Shown here one piece after another: positions 61,523 to 64,000 of a stretch of DNA of 64,000 nucleotides. Position 1 is the first letter of the stretch, and the number at the start of each line of letters is the position of its first letter. Below the pieces are notes generated by a model that made no database searches, was not told the origin of the DNA, and worked only from the letters and a program-made list of their open reading frames with translations. Where the stretch lies: positions 7,872,515 through 7,936,514 of the forward strand of contig CAJINV010000005.1 in NCBI GenBank assembly GCA_905178155.1. The letters are read 5' to 3'. Made by a program: the position numbers and the translations under genes. The DNA is from Amoebophrya sp. A120. Lineage: Eukaryota; Protista; Dinoflagellata.

Positions 61523-64000
61523 TTACTCCACGTCCACCTCATCCTCCACAACCTCTAGATACCTGGCTCGGTCGACCCTTTTGTGTCGAAACACCCCGGG
61601 CGAAAAAGCCACCGTGAATCCCGGATTTTCCCGCCGCATTATCCAGGAAAAAAATTGTGAAAGTGTAGCTTATTTCTTGGAGGAACAACACAGATTTGCT
61701 CTGCATGACAGAGAAAACCGCCCATGCGTAGCTAGTACACGAAAACAAAAGAACCTCTGACGGATGTCCAGCATGACAAGTCTAGGTGTCTTGCATCCTC
61801 TGCAACACAAAGTTACACTTACACCGTTTTTTTTTTGCATACACATGTAGCTCACTGTAATCGACTCCTCGATAGCCCTAGCGTCGCCCAGAATCGCCAC
61901 GGTGGAGGCGAAATATTTGATCCAGTCTTTATCCAGTGCAAATATGTCTGGGTCTGGAACGCTGGCAGTTGTCATGCTAATTCTGGATAGTGCAAAAATC
62001 TGTGTTGCGTGATTGCCAAAAGCTGGCCACTTTTGATCAAGTTGGGAGGCAGTTTCTCATGCTGGTGAGGCATGATAGAGGTCGCGCAGAATCTGTCATG
62101 CTAGATGAGATTGAGATCTGACAGACCTCAGCCTCACGCGTCATAGAAAACCTGCATGACAAGTCTCGCGACCTTCCAGACCCAGACATATCTGCAGTTC
62201 ATAATCTTTCCGTCTGTACATGGTTGGGTTAGTAGTGTAGAACAAGTTTCGGAAGGGATCATTCACCGCTAGCGTGCTGGCACAGAGGAGGGATGACCGT
62301 TGCTCCTCTTGCAGCTCCGAAGCGGTGGACGATGAAGACTTAGAACTACTCCTGCACCACTGCAGTGGTTGTCTTCTCTTCTCATACTCTTCGACATCGT
62401 CCCTCCTCGACACAACATTCGTCCGCTGGTATTCCAGCGCGTTGAGCCAACTGGTGCGGTTGTTATCGCAAAAAGGGTGTTCTCGGAAGGGCGGGGAGTA
62501 ATACGCGTGAGGGAAGGATGAACCCTCTTGCTCAACATTATCACCCTCTTGTTCCTCATTCTCACTTGTCTATCCAAGAAAAAAACATTGTAGGTGTAAC
62601 TTTTCTGGAGGAAAAGCATTACAAATTTGTGTGGCATGACAGCAAAAACCTGTCACGCGCAGATAGTACGGGAAAACACCCTTTAATGGACCCTGCGATG
62701 CATGCCAAGCATGACAGACGCAATCATCTTGCATGTTGCGCGTCACAAATTTACACTAACAAGGTTTTTTTCTTGGATATTGTCAAATCGAAGTACAGTG
62801 CCAGAGACATGGGAGGCGGTTCGTTGTGCTGGACGGAGGTAAGTAGTTCGTAATACGGCGGGCCATATCACTTGCAAAAGTGTCTGGGCCTGGAAACTTG
62901 TGATGCTGGGTGGCGATGATTGAACATACTCCTGAGTGCGACCAAGCATGACAAATTTTTCGGACACTTCCTCATGCATAGTGCGCATGAGAAACTGCGC
63001 TTTTGCATGACAAAAGGAGGCTCCTTTTCCTGGTCATGCAATACAGATTTTACAGGAATCCAAGCCACGCAATACAGGTTCCACTTTTCCAGACCCAGAC
63101 ATATTTGCAATGCATACGCCGTAGAAAAGTTTATGCCGCAGGTGCACCATGTCCACTCTCGGTCTGTTTATGCGAGCAGTAGATGTTGTAGTTCTTGCGC
63201 CGCTGTTGCTTGTGCTGCTGGTACTGTCGCTTGATGCCACAGAAGAGGTACTAGCAGCACTCTCCTGTTCGTCGTCGTTTTCATCTTCTGCAAGCAGTTC
63301 CATCGCTTCTTTCAACCTGAATTTCACCAGCGATTTCGGCCTCGAAATGATTTCCCAATCATCCTCTAAGAACAGAATGAACTCCGATCTCGTGCTGCGC
63401 ATCGCGCAGGAGGCAAAGGCCTTCCCGGTTCGCATATACGTGGTACGGGAGATCTTGATATGCGTCTCCGGCCACTTGTAATCGTGGATGGGAAGCTGTT
63501 TTAAATTGTACTTTCTCAAAATGTGCTCGCGCCACTTTAGCTCCGGATTGCGTATTCGTCGGGTAAGTAGTTTTGTGCGCCGCCGAACAGGAGGAGGAAG
63601 AGTACCGGAAGAAAGTTCACCACTTTGATGTTGACCATGGTTTTGTTGCCCTTCTTGATCTCCAGCGGCCTCGCCTGAATTCATTTGCTCCTCTCCTGGT
63701 ACTTCTACACCCTCCGCTGTACTTCTAGTACTTTGCGCGTCCTCTTCTACCTTGGGCTGCTGGTGGCTTGTAGTCTCTTCTGCTGGTTCATCATCTTCTT
63801 CGACCTCGACGTCGTATCCAAGAAAAAAACTGTGTTCGTGTAGGTGTCTTGACGTGACAGCATGACAAATCTGTTCTGCATGACAGACAAAGCCTGTCAT
63901 GCGCAGCTAGTAAGTGAAAACACAAATGAAGTACGACTTCATGGTTGGCTAGCATGACAAGTGTAACAGTGTTGCACACTTTGCATCACAGACTTACACT
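61523..64000 (-). CDS. GT-A fold (GT2-like) glycosyltransferase; spliced, 5' end outside the window
   Basis: SEFILFLEDDW (DxD-like), VDMVHLRH, YTTNPTMYRRKDWI and FTVAFSPGVFRHKRVDR are joined after removing 62866-63116, 62571-62779, 61930-62203 and 61640-61841; stop TAA at 61523. Confidence 0.7.

Noticed and set aside
813-63116. Recurring ORF-track peptides such as FQTQTFL, KCKNVWVWK and LPDPDIF as a repeated protein domain
   Set aside because: They are translations of the family A TIR in different frames, not protein.
813-64000. Ciliate-type IESs or Tc1/mariner MITEs (TA-bounded)
   Set aside because: The duplication is a variable 5-mer outside TAT/ATA, not a TA dinucleotide. DNA-level excision cannot be excluded from sequence alone, but nothing here supports it.
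813-64000. GCATG core as an RBFOX (UGCAUG) splicing site
   Set aside because: The motif tolerates GCATC, GCATT, GCAAT and GCAAC, conserves the downstream ACA and occurs in both orientations, which does not fit RBFOX specificity.

Overview
Eukaryotic genomic DNA. The architecture resembles the syndinian dinoflagellate parasite Amoebophrya, which is known for inverted-repeat non-canonical introns; that assignment is inference. The six-frame ORF track is mostly uninformative because every gene is fragmented by short (mostly 110-360 bp) MITE-like 'introner' elements, about 105-110 by hand count. They fall into at least 12 terminal-inverted-repeat (TIR) families. Nearly all have 5'-TAT...ATA-3' ends and a 5-bp target-site duplication (TSD), and they carry multiple copies of an internal GCAWBACA motif. 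Removing each element plus 5 nt restored an open frame at nearly every junction I translated. This yields 8 co-oriented minus-strand genes: a PAN/apple-domain secreted protein, a J-domain-like protein, a HAD (HAD_SAK_2-like) protein, a Cys-rich hypothetical, a ricin-B-lectin-like secreted protein, an MGCGAS dual-acylated protein, a ~24.5-kb membrane-protein gene and a glycosyltransferase. A Pol III cluster contains U6 snRNA, tRNA-Lys(CUU) and an apparently Alu-less ~150-nt SRP RNA, with a shared upstream element in front of U6 and SRP. Three other mobile elements (a 5'-truncated LINE, a TG...CA MITE and a short retro-type insert) are nested inside introners, all at the shared motif. A captured paralogous exon segment shows reciprocal empty and filled insertion sites. 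No introner transposase is visible and there is no CRISPR array. All coordinates and translations were done by hand.
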